Shown one piece after another: positions 47,543-56,469 of a DNA stretch of 64,000 bases. Position 1 is the stretch's first letter. Every line of letters begins with the position of its first letter. A model generated the notes under the pieces. It saw only the letters and a list, made by a program, of their open reading frames with translations. It searched no databases and had not been told where the DNA came from. The stretch lies in NCBI GenBank assembly GCA_964637115.1, contig CAZWVL010000001.1, positions 1 through 64,000 on the forward strand, written 5' to 3'. The stretch comes from an uncultured Methanosarcinales archaeon. Lineage in GTDB: Archaea > Nanobdellota > Nanobdellia > Woesearchaeales > ARS49. A program made the translations under genes and the position numbers.

Positions 47543-48427
47543 TTATCGTTTTGCGAGATCAAAAAGACCTTTTGATACTCTTTCTAGTTCTTTCTTAATT
47601 AAAAGTTTATCGACCCAACGCTTCGGAATACCACTAAAGCCGTAATGAGCCCCCGCGATAGCACCTGCTATTGCACAGGTGGTGTCCGCATCCCCTCCTT
47701 GATTAACAACAGCTATCAGCGTATCTTCAAATGAAGTGCGAGTGAAAAGGCCGTATGATGCTGCTTGAATAGTATCTATGATGTAGCCAGATGGCCTAAA
47801 CATTGCAGATTTTTGATAGAGACAAGAAATCAATCTCCCATCAATGGAAAGCTCAGCGGCTTTTTGCTGAGCTTCGGGTAGGGAGGCACCTGCCAATAAT
47901 TGTGCAATTAGCTCATTTACCAACACGCAGGCAGACAAACACAAAGAGTTCGCATGTGTTATTGAAGAATCTTCCTTGCTATAATGCGCCCTTTTCTTCG
48001 CGTCCTTCCAATAAACAATCCCAATCGGGGCACAACGCATAGCACTTCCATTAGCAGCAGAAGGTGCAGGTACCCCGGAGGAGACTGGACTCACTCCTTG
48101 CTTTAATGCCTTCAAAGCTGTTCTTGTTGTAACCCCCATGTCCACTGGACCACTTTCCATCCACTCGACGTATTTCTTCGCAGCATCAAAAATATCATAT
48201 CCTGAACAAGCAATAAGTGAATTGGCAAGACACAATGCCATATCGGTATCATCACTTACCTCTCCAGGTTCAACAGAAAGCCAACCTCCACCAATTATTT
48301 CCTTATGAACACCGTGTTGTTTCCAAATCTCGTCAGGACTCATACGTTCAACAGTCAAACCTAAAGCATCGCCAACAGCAAGACCAAACATACACCCCAT
48401 TACCTGATCGAGAAGATCGTTCCCCAT
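47543..48427 (-). CDS. ADP-ribosylglycohydrolase (DraG/ARH family)
   Basis: GLAVGDALG, SDDTDM, ANGSAMR, ITH and GGDADTTCAIAG motifs. Confidence 0.95.
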   Translation of the reverse strand: MGNDLLDQVMGCMFGLAVGDALGLTVERMSPDEIWKQHGVHKEIIGGGWLSVEPGEVSDDTDMALCLANSLIACSGYDIFDAAKKYVEWMESGPVDMGVTTRTALKALKQGVSPVSSGVPAPSAANGSAMRCAPIGIVYWKDAKKRAHYSKEDSSITHANSLCLSACVLVNELIAQLLAGASLPEAQQKAAELSIDGRLISCLYQKSAMFRPSGYIIDTIQAASYGLFTRTSFEDTLIAVVNQGGDADTTCAIAGAIAGAHYGFSGIPKRWVDKLLIKKELERVSKGLFDLAKR

Positions 48428-48476
48428 ATGACATTAAGAGATCTTGTCATTTATAGGCCTTTCGCATCAATAACCA

Positions 48477-49139
48477 TCAGAAGCTTCTGCTTTTTTTGCG
48501 GTTAAATCCACTCACCAACTGTTTCAGCGCCTTCTCGGGATTCTTGGCGTTTGTAACGGCGTGGGCAACAAGAATGCCTTTTGCACCAAGCTTGATGGTT
48601 TTTGCGACGTCTTCGCGCGAGTGAACACCTGCGCCGCACAGAATAGGAATGTTTTTGATTTTATGCGTTGTGCGCGTTATTATCTCAGGTTTTGCTTCCG
48701 AAATCGAGATGTTTCCGCCAATCAACTCGGGAGGTTCAATCGCAATAATATCTGGCTTGAATTTTGCAACTTTAACAGCCATTGCAGGAGTGCTTGCGCA
48801 GACAACAGACAGCATTCCCAAAGAACGCAAGCGCTGAATTGTTGCCTTAATCTGCGCCAAAGGAATCTGGTGCTCAGAATGATTAATTAAACTGCCAATA
48901 GCTCCCATCTGCTGAACACTTTCAGGAAGAATCCAGCCAGTCTTTGCACCAAACTCGATAGCGTCAACGTGCTGGGCAAGAACTGGAATATTTGTACCGG
49001 CAACTGCAAGAATGTCGGCTGGTTGGACTGCAACAACAATATTAGCCTTCTTGGCAAGTTTTGCGCAAATTTTTGCTAATTTAATTGCATTCAATCCTGT
49101 AGAACTCTTATAAGCCTTGAAATTAATGATGGCGAGCAT
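48477..49139 (-). CDS. tpiA: Triosephosphate isomerase, archaeal type
   Basis: INFKAY, LINHSE, IAIEPPELIG, LCGAGV. Confidence 0.97.
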   Translation of the reverse strand: MLAIINFKAYKSSTGLNAIKLAKICAKLAKKANIVVAVQPADILAVAGTNIPVLAQHVDAIEFGAKTGWILPESVQQMGAIGSLINHSEHQIPLAQIKATIQRLRSLGMLSVVCASTPAMAVKVAKFKPDIIAIEPPELIGGNISISEAKPEIITRTTHKIKNIPILCGAGVHSREDVAKTIKLGAKGILVAHAVTNAKNPEKALKQLVSGFNRKKSRSF

Positions 49140-49450
49140 CAGCCAAGAATCGCTGTCAGCTTCTTTTTTAGCGTAGCTTCGTCCTGAAAGCCGACAACAC
49201 GGTCAACCTCTTCACCGTTTTTGTACACAATCAAACAAGGAATACCGAGCACGCCATTCTGTTGGGCAAGATTTGCGTTATCATCAACGTTCAGCTTTGC
49301 AAACTTCACATTCTTCATTTCATGTGACAATTTGTCAACAACAGGAGCAATCATCTTGCAGGGGCCGCACCAAGGAGCCCAGAAATCAACCACGACAGGC
49401 TTGTCGCTCTTCAAAACTTCCTGCTCAAAGTTTTGTTCGCTTACTTCCAT
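49139..49450 (-). CDS. trxA: Thioredoxin
   Basis: WCGPC active site; start moved to ATG 49450. Confidence 0.96.
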   Translation of the reverse strand: MEVSEQNFEQEVLKSDKPVVVDFWAPWCGPCKMIAPVVDKLSHEMKNVKFAKLNVDDNANLAQQNGVLGIPCLIVYKNGEEVDRVVGFQDEATLKKKLTAILG

Positions 49451-50009
49451 TTTCAACCCCCATATGATGAGTTTCAACCTCTTTTGAAACAGGCAGCCTC
49501 TTTGTCGGCTTTATCAAATATTTTTTCGTGTCTTTATCCAAGTCAAGGAAGTCGTCTGCAACTTCAATAGATTTTGCACTTGCAGACTTGCCGAATGCAA
49601 CTACTTCAACACGGCAGCCCAATGCGCGCTTCAAGTGTTCGATAAGCGGTACGAAGTCGCCATCGCCGCTTACCAGTACAATCGTGTCAAGTCTGGGAGC
49701 AAGCTCGATGCAGTCCATTGCAATGCCAATGTCCCAGTCGCCCTTCTTTGCACCGCCGTAAAATATCTGCAAATCCTTAGCACGAATCTCAAAACCAATA
49801 TGGCCAAGAGCATCAAAGAACTTTTCTTTGCTAAGATCTTCAGTCTTGATAACATATGCCAAAGCGCGGACCAAAGTCCTGCCTTTAACTGCATCCTGCA
49901 AAATTGCCTTGAAATTAACGTGCGCATTGTAGACAAACCTTGCAGAATAATACAGGTTTTGCACGTCAACAAATACACCAACTCTTTGCGCATTATGTAT
50001 TTCACTCAT
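49425..50009 (-). CDS. NYN-domain (LabA/DUF88) protein
   Basis: VFVDVQNLY, KKGDWDIGIAMD, VSGDGDF. Confidence 0.93.
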   Translation of the reverse strand: MSEIHNAQRVGVFVDVQNLYYSARFVYNAHVNFKAILQDAVKGRTLVRALAYVIKTEDLSKEKFFDALGHIGFEIRAKDLQIFYGGAKKGDWDIGIAMDCIELAPRLDTIVLVSGDGDFVPLIEHLKRALGCRVEVVAFGKSASAKSIEVADDFLDLDKDTKKYLIKPTKRLPVSKEVETHHMGVENGSKRTKL

Positions 50010-50013
50010 AGTA

Positions 50014-50154
50014 TCACACTCTTAGTTTGGCTTCATAGCCGCAGGCGCTGCATATAATTCTATTTGTTTCAGGGTCAAACGACAGCGTCATCTTATAGCA
50101 TTTAGGGCAACGCTGCGAAACGCCAGTTGGCAGTACCTCTTTTGGGAAAGCCAT
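50014..50154 (-). CDS. 46-aa zinc-ribbon microprotein, absent from the ORF track
   Basis: Translates MAFPKEVLPTGVSQRCPKCYKMTLSFDPETNRIICSACGYEAKLRV*; stop 4 bp before the NYN start. Confidence 0.75.
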   Translation of the reverse strand: MAFPKEVLPTGVSQRCPKCYKMTLSFDPETNRIICSACGYEAKLRV

Positions 50155-50200
50155 GTAACTGCAATTTATTCTGCGTTTAAAAAGGTTGCTAAATAGATTG

Positions 50201-50220
50201 TTGTTACTGTGTAGGGGTTA
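50201..50220. promoter_or_regulatory. Palindromic motif copy TTGTTAC-TGTGTA-GGGGTTA, 11 bp upstream of TATA 50232-50239
   Basis: Seen directly; degenerate right half. Confidence 0.45.
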
Positions 50221-50261
50221 TAGCAGATAGTTTTATAAAGTTGAATAAGTCAGACTATGAT

Positions 50262-50978
50262 ATGGAAGACGAAATGCCATTGGCAGTCATTGCTGATTCG
50301 CACAAAGAACTCTGGAATATGTATCGTAATGTCAGCGCACTTGCTGAGATAGACTGTCATACCACAGATTCGCGCGAAGATGTTCTTAACAAATTGCCAG
50401 ATGCGAAACTCCTAATCGTGAACAAGCAAAACTTGTCTTTTGCAGGAATGGCGCGCGGTGCAGGATATAAAGGAAGAGTTGTATTCGCAACCGGCGGAAA
50501 TGTGCAATATGGAGATTACAAAGAACTTGGCGTGGATGAAGTCTTGATGAAACCATTTAAAACTTCTGAATTACAAGGAATAATCACGAAACACACTTCT
50601 CCACAGAAACGCATACTGATAGTTGAAGATGACGGAACAACTCGCTTAGCATTGTCAACAAAAATCCGCAAAATGGGCTACATTGCTTCGACAGCATTAA
50701 ATGCTGAAGAAGGAATGGAGAAATTTGTCTCAGTGCACGCAGTTATAACAGATATAAGTCAGCCTAACAGCCAAGGAGGTTACTGGCTTCTCGACAAAAT
50801 AAGAGAAAAGTATGATGGAAAGCAACTTCCAGTCGTACTCATGAGCTCAATGGACATTGATATTGGAAAAGCTCAAGGAGCCAATGCATTCATGTCTAAG
50901 CCATTCGAAATGAGCATATTAGAAAAGATTGTGGACGCCGTAGTCCCGCAACATTTAAAACCAAACAGAGAGCAATAA
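50262..50978 (+). CDS. Tandem response-regulator receiver protein (degenerate REC plus REC)
   Basis: C-terminal ILIVEDD..VITDIS..LMSS..FMSKPF; N-terminal unit keeps LMKPF but lacks the acidic pocket; start ATG 50262 from TATA spacing. Confidence 0.85.
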   Translation: MEDEMPLAVIADSHKELWNMYRNVSALAEIDCHTTDSREDVLNKLPDAKLLIVNKQNLSFAGMARGAGYKGRVVFATGGNVQYGDYKELGVDEVLMKPFKTSELQGIITKHTSPQKRILIVEDDGTTRLALSTKIRKMGYIASTALNAEEGMEKFVSVHAVITDISQPNSQGGYWLLDKIREKYDGKQLPVVLMSSMDIDIGKAQGANAFMSKPFEMSILEKIVDAVVPQHLKPNREQ

Positions 50979-50983
50979 TTCTC

Positions 50984-53389
50984 GTGACAAACTTTTATCC
51001 GACGGATATAACATATACGGTAAAGAACGGCAAGCCAATAATACAGCTCTACGGCCGCACGACAGAAGGAAAACAGATTTGCGTACTGGATGAGGACTTT
51101 GAGCCATACTTCTACGTTGTTGGCAACGTGGATAAAGAAGTACTAAAGGCACTAAAACAAGATGACTATCAAGTTGTCAAAATAGAAAAAGTAAAGAAAA
51201 ACTTGAATGAACATCCAATAGACGCTTTCAAAGTTTTTGTCAACATACCAAAAGGAGTTCCAGCGCTAAAAGATTTGGCAAAAGAACTGCCTGGCGTGGA
51301 CGGAGTCTACGAATACGACATTCTTTACACGCGCAGATATCTCATTGACAAAGGAATTATTCCATTAACATTGACAACAGTTGAAGGCAAAGAAGTTCCG
51401 TGGCAGTCAAGAGTACCGTGCATCAAAGCAGAGAAGATAATGCCAGCAAGCGATGAGATACTTAATCCGAAACTGCTTGCTGTTGACATTGAGACTTATA
51501 ATCCGGACAATAAAATGAACCCGAAAAAGAATCCCATTCTAATGATAGGTTTGTACGGCAAAGACTTCTCAAGAGTTGTAACGTGGAAAAAGTTTGAGAC
51601 GCAAGAAAAGTATATAGAATTCGTGCCGACAGAAGCAGACATGCTGCAAAGATTTGTGGAACTTGTGAATGATTTCGGTCCGGACATGATTGTAGGCTAC
51701 TTCACAGACGGATTTGACTTTCCCTACATTGATGAGCGCGCTAAGGTGAACAAAGTCAAGATAGACATTGGCCTTGATTACAGTAACCTTGAAATTTTCG
51801 GCAAACAACAGTCAGAGGCAAAAATCGCCGGATTAGCGCACATAGACATCTTCAAATTCATCAGAAAAGTCATTGCTCGCTCGCTAAAAACAGACAGTTA
51901 TTCACTTGATGCAGTTGCCGGAGAACTGCTTGGAGAAAGAAAACACAAAGTAGACATGGAAACGTTCTTCAAAGCATGGGACAAGGGCGGAAAAGAACTT
52001 GAAGAGTATTGCAGGTATAACCTGCAGGATTGTATTTTAACGTATAAGCTTACAGAAAAAGTATTGCCTAACTTAATCGAGTTTGTAAGAATAATCAGGC
52101 TGCCGCCATACGACATAAACAGAATGACATTCTCAACATTCGTAGAATGGTACTTGATGAACCAAGCAAGCGCCAGAAATGAAATATTGTTGAACAGGCC
52201 GAACAAAAGAGACGAACTTGCCAGAATGGGCGACAGAATCAAAGGAGCGTTTGTTTACGAGCCAAAACCAGGATTCTACCAGAACATAGCAGTATTTGAC
52301 TTCAGAAGCCTGTACCCGAGCATAATTGCTTCGCACAATATCAGCAAAGGAACACTGAACTGTGATTGCTGCAAAGATACACCAAATGTAGAAACAGAAA
52401 GAGGAACATTCTGGTATTGTGCAAAAAGAAAAGGACTCTTTAGCACGGTAATTTCAGATTTAATTGTACGCAGAGGAGAAATTAAAAAACAATTGAAAAC
52501 ATCAAAAGACCCGCTGCTTGCTGCACGTTCGGAAGCGCTGAAAGTGCTTGCAAATAGCTTTTACGGCTATATGGGATTTGCGCCGGCAAGATACTATAGT
52601 ATAGAATGCGCTGAGAGCACAACAGCTTGGGCAAGACACTATATTCATAAGGCAATTGAATCTGCACGGCAAGCCGGATTTACGGTCCTTTATTCAGATA
52701 CTGACTCAGTGTTCCTGCTTTTGGATAAGAAAACGAAAGAGGATGCTCTGGCATTAATGGAAAAAATTAACAAAGACCTTCCCGGATTAATGGAGCTTGA
52801 CTATGAAGGACATTATCCAGCAGGCATCTTTGTTTCGCTGAAAGCAGGAGAATCAGGGGCGAAGAAAAAATATGCTTTGATTGATGACAAAAACAACATG
52901 AAAATCAAAGGTTTTGAAAGCGTCAGAAGAAACTGGAGTGCAATTGCGAAAGACGTCCAAAGAAAAGTGCTTGAAATAATCCTGAAAGAGCACGACGCAA
53001 AGAAAGCAAAAGATTATGTGAAAACGGTTGTTGACGAACTGAGAAAAAACGCAATTCCGCTGGACAAAGTAGTTGTTCACACGGCATTATCAAAAGGAAC
53101 AAGCTCTTATGCAGCTATCGGACCTCACGTTGCAGCCGCGCAAAGAATGGAAGCGAAAGGGCAATCGGTAGGAGCAGGAAGCGTAATTCATTACGTAGTC
53201 ATCAAAGGCAAAGGCAAGATAAGAGATAAGGTCAAGCTGCCGGAAGAAACAACGCAGGAAGAGTATGACGGAGAATATTACATACAGAATCAAGTCCTGC
53301 CAGGCGTAGAAAGAATATTTGCAGTTTTAGGAATAAAAGTGGATGACTTGGTAAGTTCCACAAAGCAGAGCTCGCTGGCGGGATTTTAG
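50984..53389 (+). CDS. polB: Family B DNA polymerase
   Basis: Exonuclease AVDIETY, FDFPY, YNLQD; polymerase DFRSLYPS, KVLANSFYGY, YSDTDS; GTG start. Confidence 0.97.
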   Translation: MTNFYPTDITYTVKNGKPIIQLYGRTTEGKQICVLDEDFEPYFYVVGNVDKEVLKALKQDDYQVVKIEKVKKNLNEHPIDAFKVFVNIPKGVPALKDLAKELPGVDGVYEYDILYTRRYLIDKGIIPLTLTTVEGKEVPWQSRVPCIKAEKIMPASDEILNPKLLAVDIETYNPDNKMNPKKNPILMIGLYGKDFSRVVTWKKFETQEKYIEFVPTEADMLQRFVELVNDFGPDMIVGYFTDGFDFPYIDERAKVNKVKIDIGLDYSNLEIFGKQQSEAKIAGLAHIDIFKFIRKVIARSLKTDSYSLDAVAGELLGERKHKVDMETFFKAWDKGGKELEEYCRYNLQDCILTYKLTEKVLPNLIEFVRIIRLPPYDINRMTFSTFVEWYLMNQASARNEILLNRPNKRDELARMGDRIKGAFVYEPKPGFYQNIAVFDFRSLYPSIIASHNISKGTLNCDCCKDTPNVETERGTFWYCAKRKGLFSTVISDLIVRRGEIKKQLKTSKDPLLAARSEALKVLANSFYGYMGFAPARYYSIECAESTTAWARHYIHKAIESARQAGFTVLYSDTDSVFLLLDKKTKEDALALMEKINKDLPGLMELDYEGHYPAGIFVSLKAGESGAKKKYALIDDKNNMKIKGFESVRRNWSAIAKDVQRKVLEIILKEHDAKKAKDYVKTVVDELRKNAIPLDKVVVHTALSKGTSSYAAIGPHVAAAQRMEAKGQSVGAGSVIHYVVIKGKGKIRDKVKLPEETTQEEYDGEYYIQNQVLPGVERIFAVLGIKVDDLVSSTKQSSLAGF

Positions 53390-53430
53390 GCAAAACTTTA
53401 AAACACCTCCTTCTATTTATCAATAAAAAA

Positions 53431-54657
53431 ATGGTGAGCAACGAGTTAAAGAAAACAGCGCAGCAGCTGCTAGACCTGACGGTGCGGTTATCTGACGCTA
53501 TAGAAGCAAATGATTATTCAAAAATTCCTTCAATGCTGAGCGAATTTGATGCGCGGCTAAACGCGTTTAACTATTTCGCAAGAAAAGAATCGCCAGCCTT
53601 TCTTGAAGACAGGCGTTCAGTGCTTTCAAATGAAGAAAACAAATTGCGTCAAAACCCTTTCAGGTCTCCAAATGATTTCAAAGGAGCATCCATTATAGCG
53701 AGCAACATTCTGCGCATCCTGCAAAAAACACTTGACTTCTTTGAAGGCAAGCTCCCTGACCCGGCCAATCGATACATCATATATGCGCTCGCTCTTGTTT
53801 TCAGCATCTATCGTTACCGCATTCAGGCAAATGAGGAGCGCGTAGCGGCAATATTGGTAACCAAAGAACACGAAGAATTGTTCAGCGGCAACAGCGAACG
53901 CATCCTGCCAGAACACGGCAGGCACGCGGAAGATAATGCATTAATACAGGCAAGCAAAAAGAAATATGACGTTGCCGGGTCAACGATATTCATTTCCAGC
54001 TTGCCATGCTACAGAAAAAAAGTCCTTCAATTGCAGACTGAGAATAACAATGTTCTGAGCTGGAAAGTGGTTCGGCATACTGACGCACAATATATGGGGC
54101 AGACAATAACATGGAAAAGAGCGCAGCTACGAATGCCAAAGGCACAATACTGGACTGTAGATTTCATGCCAGGAGTACCTGTTTATGAAGTTTATTTGGA
54201 TCCTGAAAGGACAAAATCAGAAGTGTATTACGTATATGACGGCGTATTCCTGCCAAAAGAGCTTAGAAATTACTTTTCTGACGCATCAGGCAGATACGTC
54301 GAGATAGAAGAAGGATGCGCTGTCATGCTTGCAATGATGGGAATCAAGCAAGTATTCTATTTATATTATGAAGAGCTATACGCAAAAGCTATTAATTTCC
54401 TCAAAGAGAGAAATGTGCTTATTGACTTGATAGAGCACGTTTTAACCATTCAAAAGTATGAAAGCAAACAGCTAAGAACTGAAAAAATTGATCTTTTCCA
54501 CAACATAATGTCAAAAGCAAAACATCCAGAAGCAAAAAATCTGGATGAGATACGCCAATATGTCTTTCAGCTCTGTGAAGAGCTCGAAATCTCAGATCCA
54601 TACGAATTCATGAGGAAAAAATTCGGAATTGATTTCCCAGAACTTCTCAAGGCCTAG
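53431..54657 (+). CDS. Cytidine/dCMP-deaminase-fold protein with a large insertion in the PCxxC motif
   Basis: VAAILV..HAEDNALIQA..GSTIFISSLPC, then 102 aa, then CAVMLAMMGIKQVFY. Confidence 0.75.
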   Translation: MVSNELKKTAQQLLDLTVRLSDAIEANDYSKIPSMLSEFDARLNAFNYFARKESPAFLEDRRSVLSNEENKLRQNPFRSPNDFKGASIIASNILRILQKTLDFFEGKLPDPANRYIIYALALVFSIYRYRIQANEERVAAILVTKEHEELFSGNSERILPEHGRHAEDNALIQASKKKYDVAGSTIFISSLPCYRKKVLQLQTENNNVLSWKVVRHTDAQYMGQTITWKRAQLRMPKAQYWTVDFMPGVPVYEVYLDPERTKSEVYYVYDGVFLPKELRNYFSDASGRYVEIEEGCAVMLAMMGIKQVFYLYYEELYAKAINFLKERNVLIDLIEHVLTIQKYESKQLRTEKIDLFHNIMSKAKHPEAKNLDEIRQYVFQLCEELEISDPYEFMRKKFGIDFPELLKA

Positions 54658-55405
54658 TTTGTTTGCCGAGATACCCGTTATAGCAAAGGTTTGCTTTTAG
54701 AAGTTGCTTGAATGTCTTGGATGATGGACAGAGCGTATCATTCTCTCTTTCAAACTTCTCGTGCTCAACAGTTGTAATCTGGAACTCGCAACGATGAATA
54801 TGACGGATATCGCCAGGCTTTGGCAATTCATCAGCAAGCGGACTGCGATAGATATCAGAACCTTTGTACATATATCGAACAGAAAATGAGCCTCCAAACG
54901 GATCACCAAATGAGAATCCAATGAACGTCTCGAGTTCAGGGTGTTTCAGTGCACCATCGTATACTTTTCCCTTGTATTCGACAAGCTGAGAAAAACTGTT
55001 TCCATTTTTATGAACTGCATCCTCTACAACATTCGCTTCATTTGCATCAAAATTTGGCGGAATGAGCAAGATACCCTCTTTACCGGCCTGACGGGCAAGA
55101 TCGCATAATGCCGCATTCACATTAGGAGCTTTTGTCCAAATATCTGCCGCTCCATTTATTGGTTTTCCATTGGCATATGAAAACTTCACAACAACGGGCT
55201 TCTTTTTAGTCGTTAAAGCATACACAACATTAGGACTTCTTTCCATAAATCCAGCATAAAAAAGAGTGTCAACAGCATCCTTCAAAGTCTTTGGGATAAT
55301 CTCACCATTCACATCGACAGACCCTTCAGCAACCTGGAAAACAGTATCTTCAACTACAATGCGCGCGATATTTCCTTTATTCCTGAATGCTTCTATCAAC
55401 TTCAT
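54647..55405 (-). CDS. Hypothetical protein
   Basis: 252-aa ORF coupled (ATGA) to the RNase Z-like gene. Confidence 0.7.
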   Translation of the reverse strand: MKLIEAFRNKGNIARIVVEDTVFQVAEGSVDVNGEIIPKTLKDAVDTLFYAGFMERSPNVVYALTTKKKPVVVKFSYANGKPINGAADIWTKAPNVNAALCDLARQAGKEGILLIPPNFDANEANVVEDAVHKNGNSFSQLVEYKGKVYDGALKHPELETFIGFSFGDPFGGSFSVRYMYKGSDIYRSPLADELPKPGDIRHIHRCEFQITTVEHEKFERENDTLCPSSKTFKQLLKANLCYNGYLGKQTRP

Positions 55406-56358
55406 CGTGTTTTCTCAAAGATTTGTGCTGCTTCAGCAATCAACTGTTCAGGATCATAACGCTGGCTGAAATGCATCAGCACAAGCTCTCCCACATTGCA
55501 AGCTTTTGCAATTTCAGCTGCCTGCGAAGCAGTAAGGTGATGATTCTTCCTTGCAATGTCAACATCAACAGAAGAATGATTGGATTCACAATATAAAATA
55601 TCTGCGCCTTTTGCAATCTGTGCAACCTTTTCTATGGTTCCATCCTCGAACACAAAATCAGTAACGTAAACAACACGCTTGCCCTTGCGTGTTTCCAGCA
55701 GAGCGGAAAGCTCATCAAATTGATACTGCTTTCCACCAATGTGCATAGGATGTTTTGTTTCTTTTTCAGCCTGGGTTTTCAAAGCCTCGAGCCAGGGACC
55801 AGGACGTAAATTCGAATCAGCCAGCGCTTCCTTGGAAATTCCAACGCGATCATATTCCTCGAACACATATCCGAGTGAAGGAATTCCGTGATTCAGTTCA
55901 ACAAAACGAATGCGATAATCAGGAGTTTGGTGAATGACGTCTCCTGTTAATTGTGTTTTTCTGGTAATTTTTCCTTCAAGATCATCAGAAATGGAAATAG
56001 AAGTTTTAGTCATTTCACCCTTGTCAAGTTCGCAAATGTCAACAAGAACGGCGCCACGACCTGCAAGATTCCACGTGTATGCCTTGATTTTTGAACGCAC
56101 GGAATTGGTAATTCCGTTCGGACCAAAAACAGTCACGCGTTTGTTTTCTGCATGCTGCTTTAAGCCAACAATCTCGTCAAAGCCGACGAAATGGTCCATA
56201 TGGGTGTGAGAAATGTAAACATTTGTCAAAGGCTTGACAAGGTCCATTCCATAAGATGCCCGGCCGCAGTCAAACAGGTGTGTTTCAGAGCCAAATTTCA
56301 CGTACACGCCCGGACTTCGCTTCTCCCCATTCAAAAAACCAGTTTCCATTTCATGCAC
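55402..56358 (-). CDS. rnz: Ribonuclease Z-like metallo-beta-lactamase
   Basis: LFDCG, SHTHMDH, LNHGIPSLGY, exosite-like PGPW, YVTD, NHHLT, LMHFSQRY. Confidence 0.8.
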   Translation of the reverse strand: MHEMETGFLNGEKRSPGVYVKFGSETHLFDCGRASYGMDLVKPLTNVYISHTHMDHFVGFDEIVGLKQHAENKRVTVFGPNGITNSVRSKIKAYTWNLAGRGAVLVDICELDKGEMTKTSISISDDLEGKITRKTQLTGDVIHQTPDYRIRFVELNHGIPSLGYVFEEYDRVGISKEALADSNLRPGPWLEALKTQAEKETKHPMHIGGKQYQFDELSALLETRKGKRVVYVTDFVFEDGTIEKVAQIAKGADILYCESNHSSVDVDIARKNHHLTASQAAEIAKACNVGELVLMHFSQRYDPEQLIAEAAQIFEKTR

Positions 56359-56407
56359 TCGACTAACACGGGTGAATATACCCTTATTTTTAAACCTTTG
56401 TATTGTT

Positions 56408-56427
56408 TAATTACTTTATAGTGGTGA
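56408..56427. promoter_or_regulatory. Palindromic motif copy TAATTAC-TTTATA-GTGGTGA between divergent TATA boxes (13 bp and 12 bp away)
   Basis: TTTAAATA at 56440-56447 (+) and TTTAAAAA at 56394-56387 (-). Confidence 0.5.
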
Positions 56428-56469
56428 ATATGGGAAAGATTTAAATATGTCCCTTTATTAATTCTATTT

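Noticed and set aside
54007-54315. Intein inside the deaminase
   Set aside because: Starts with Cys but ends EEG, with no terminal His-Asn/Gln and no recognisable intein blocks
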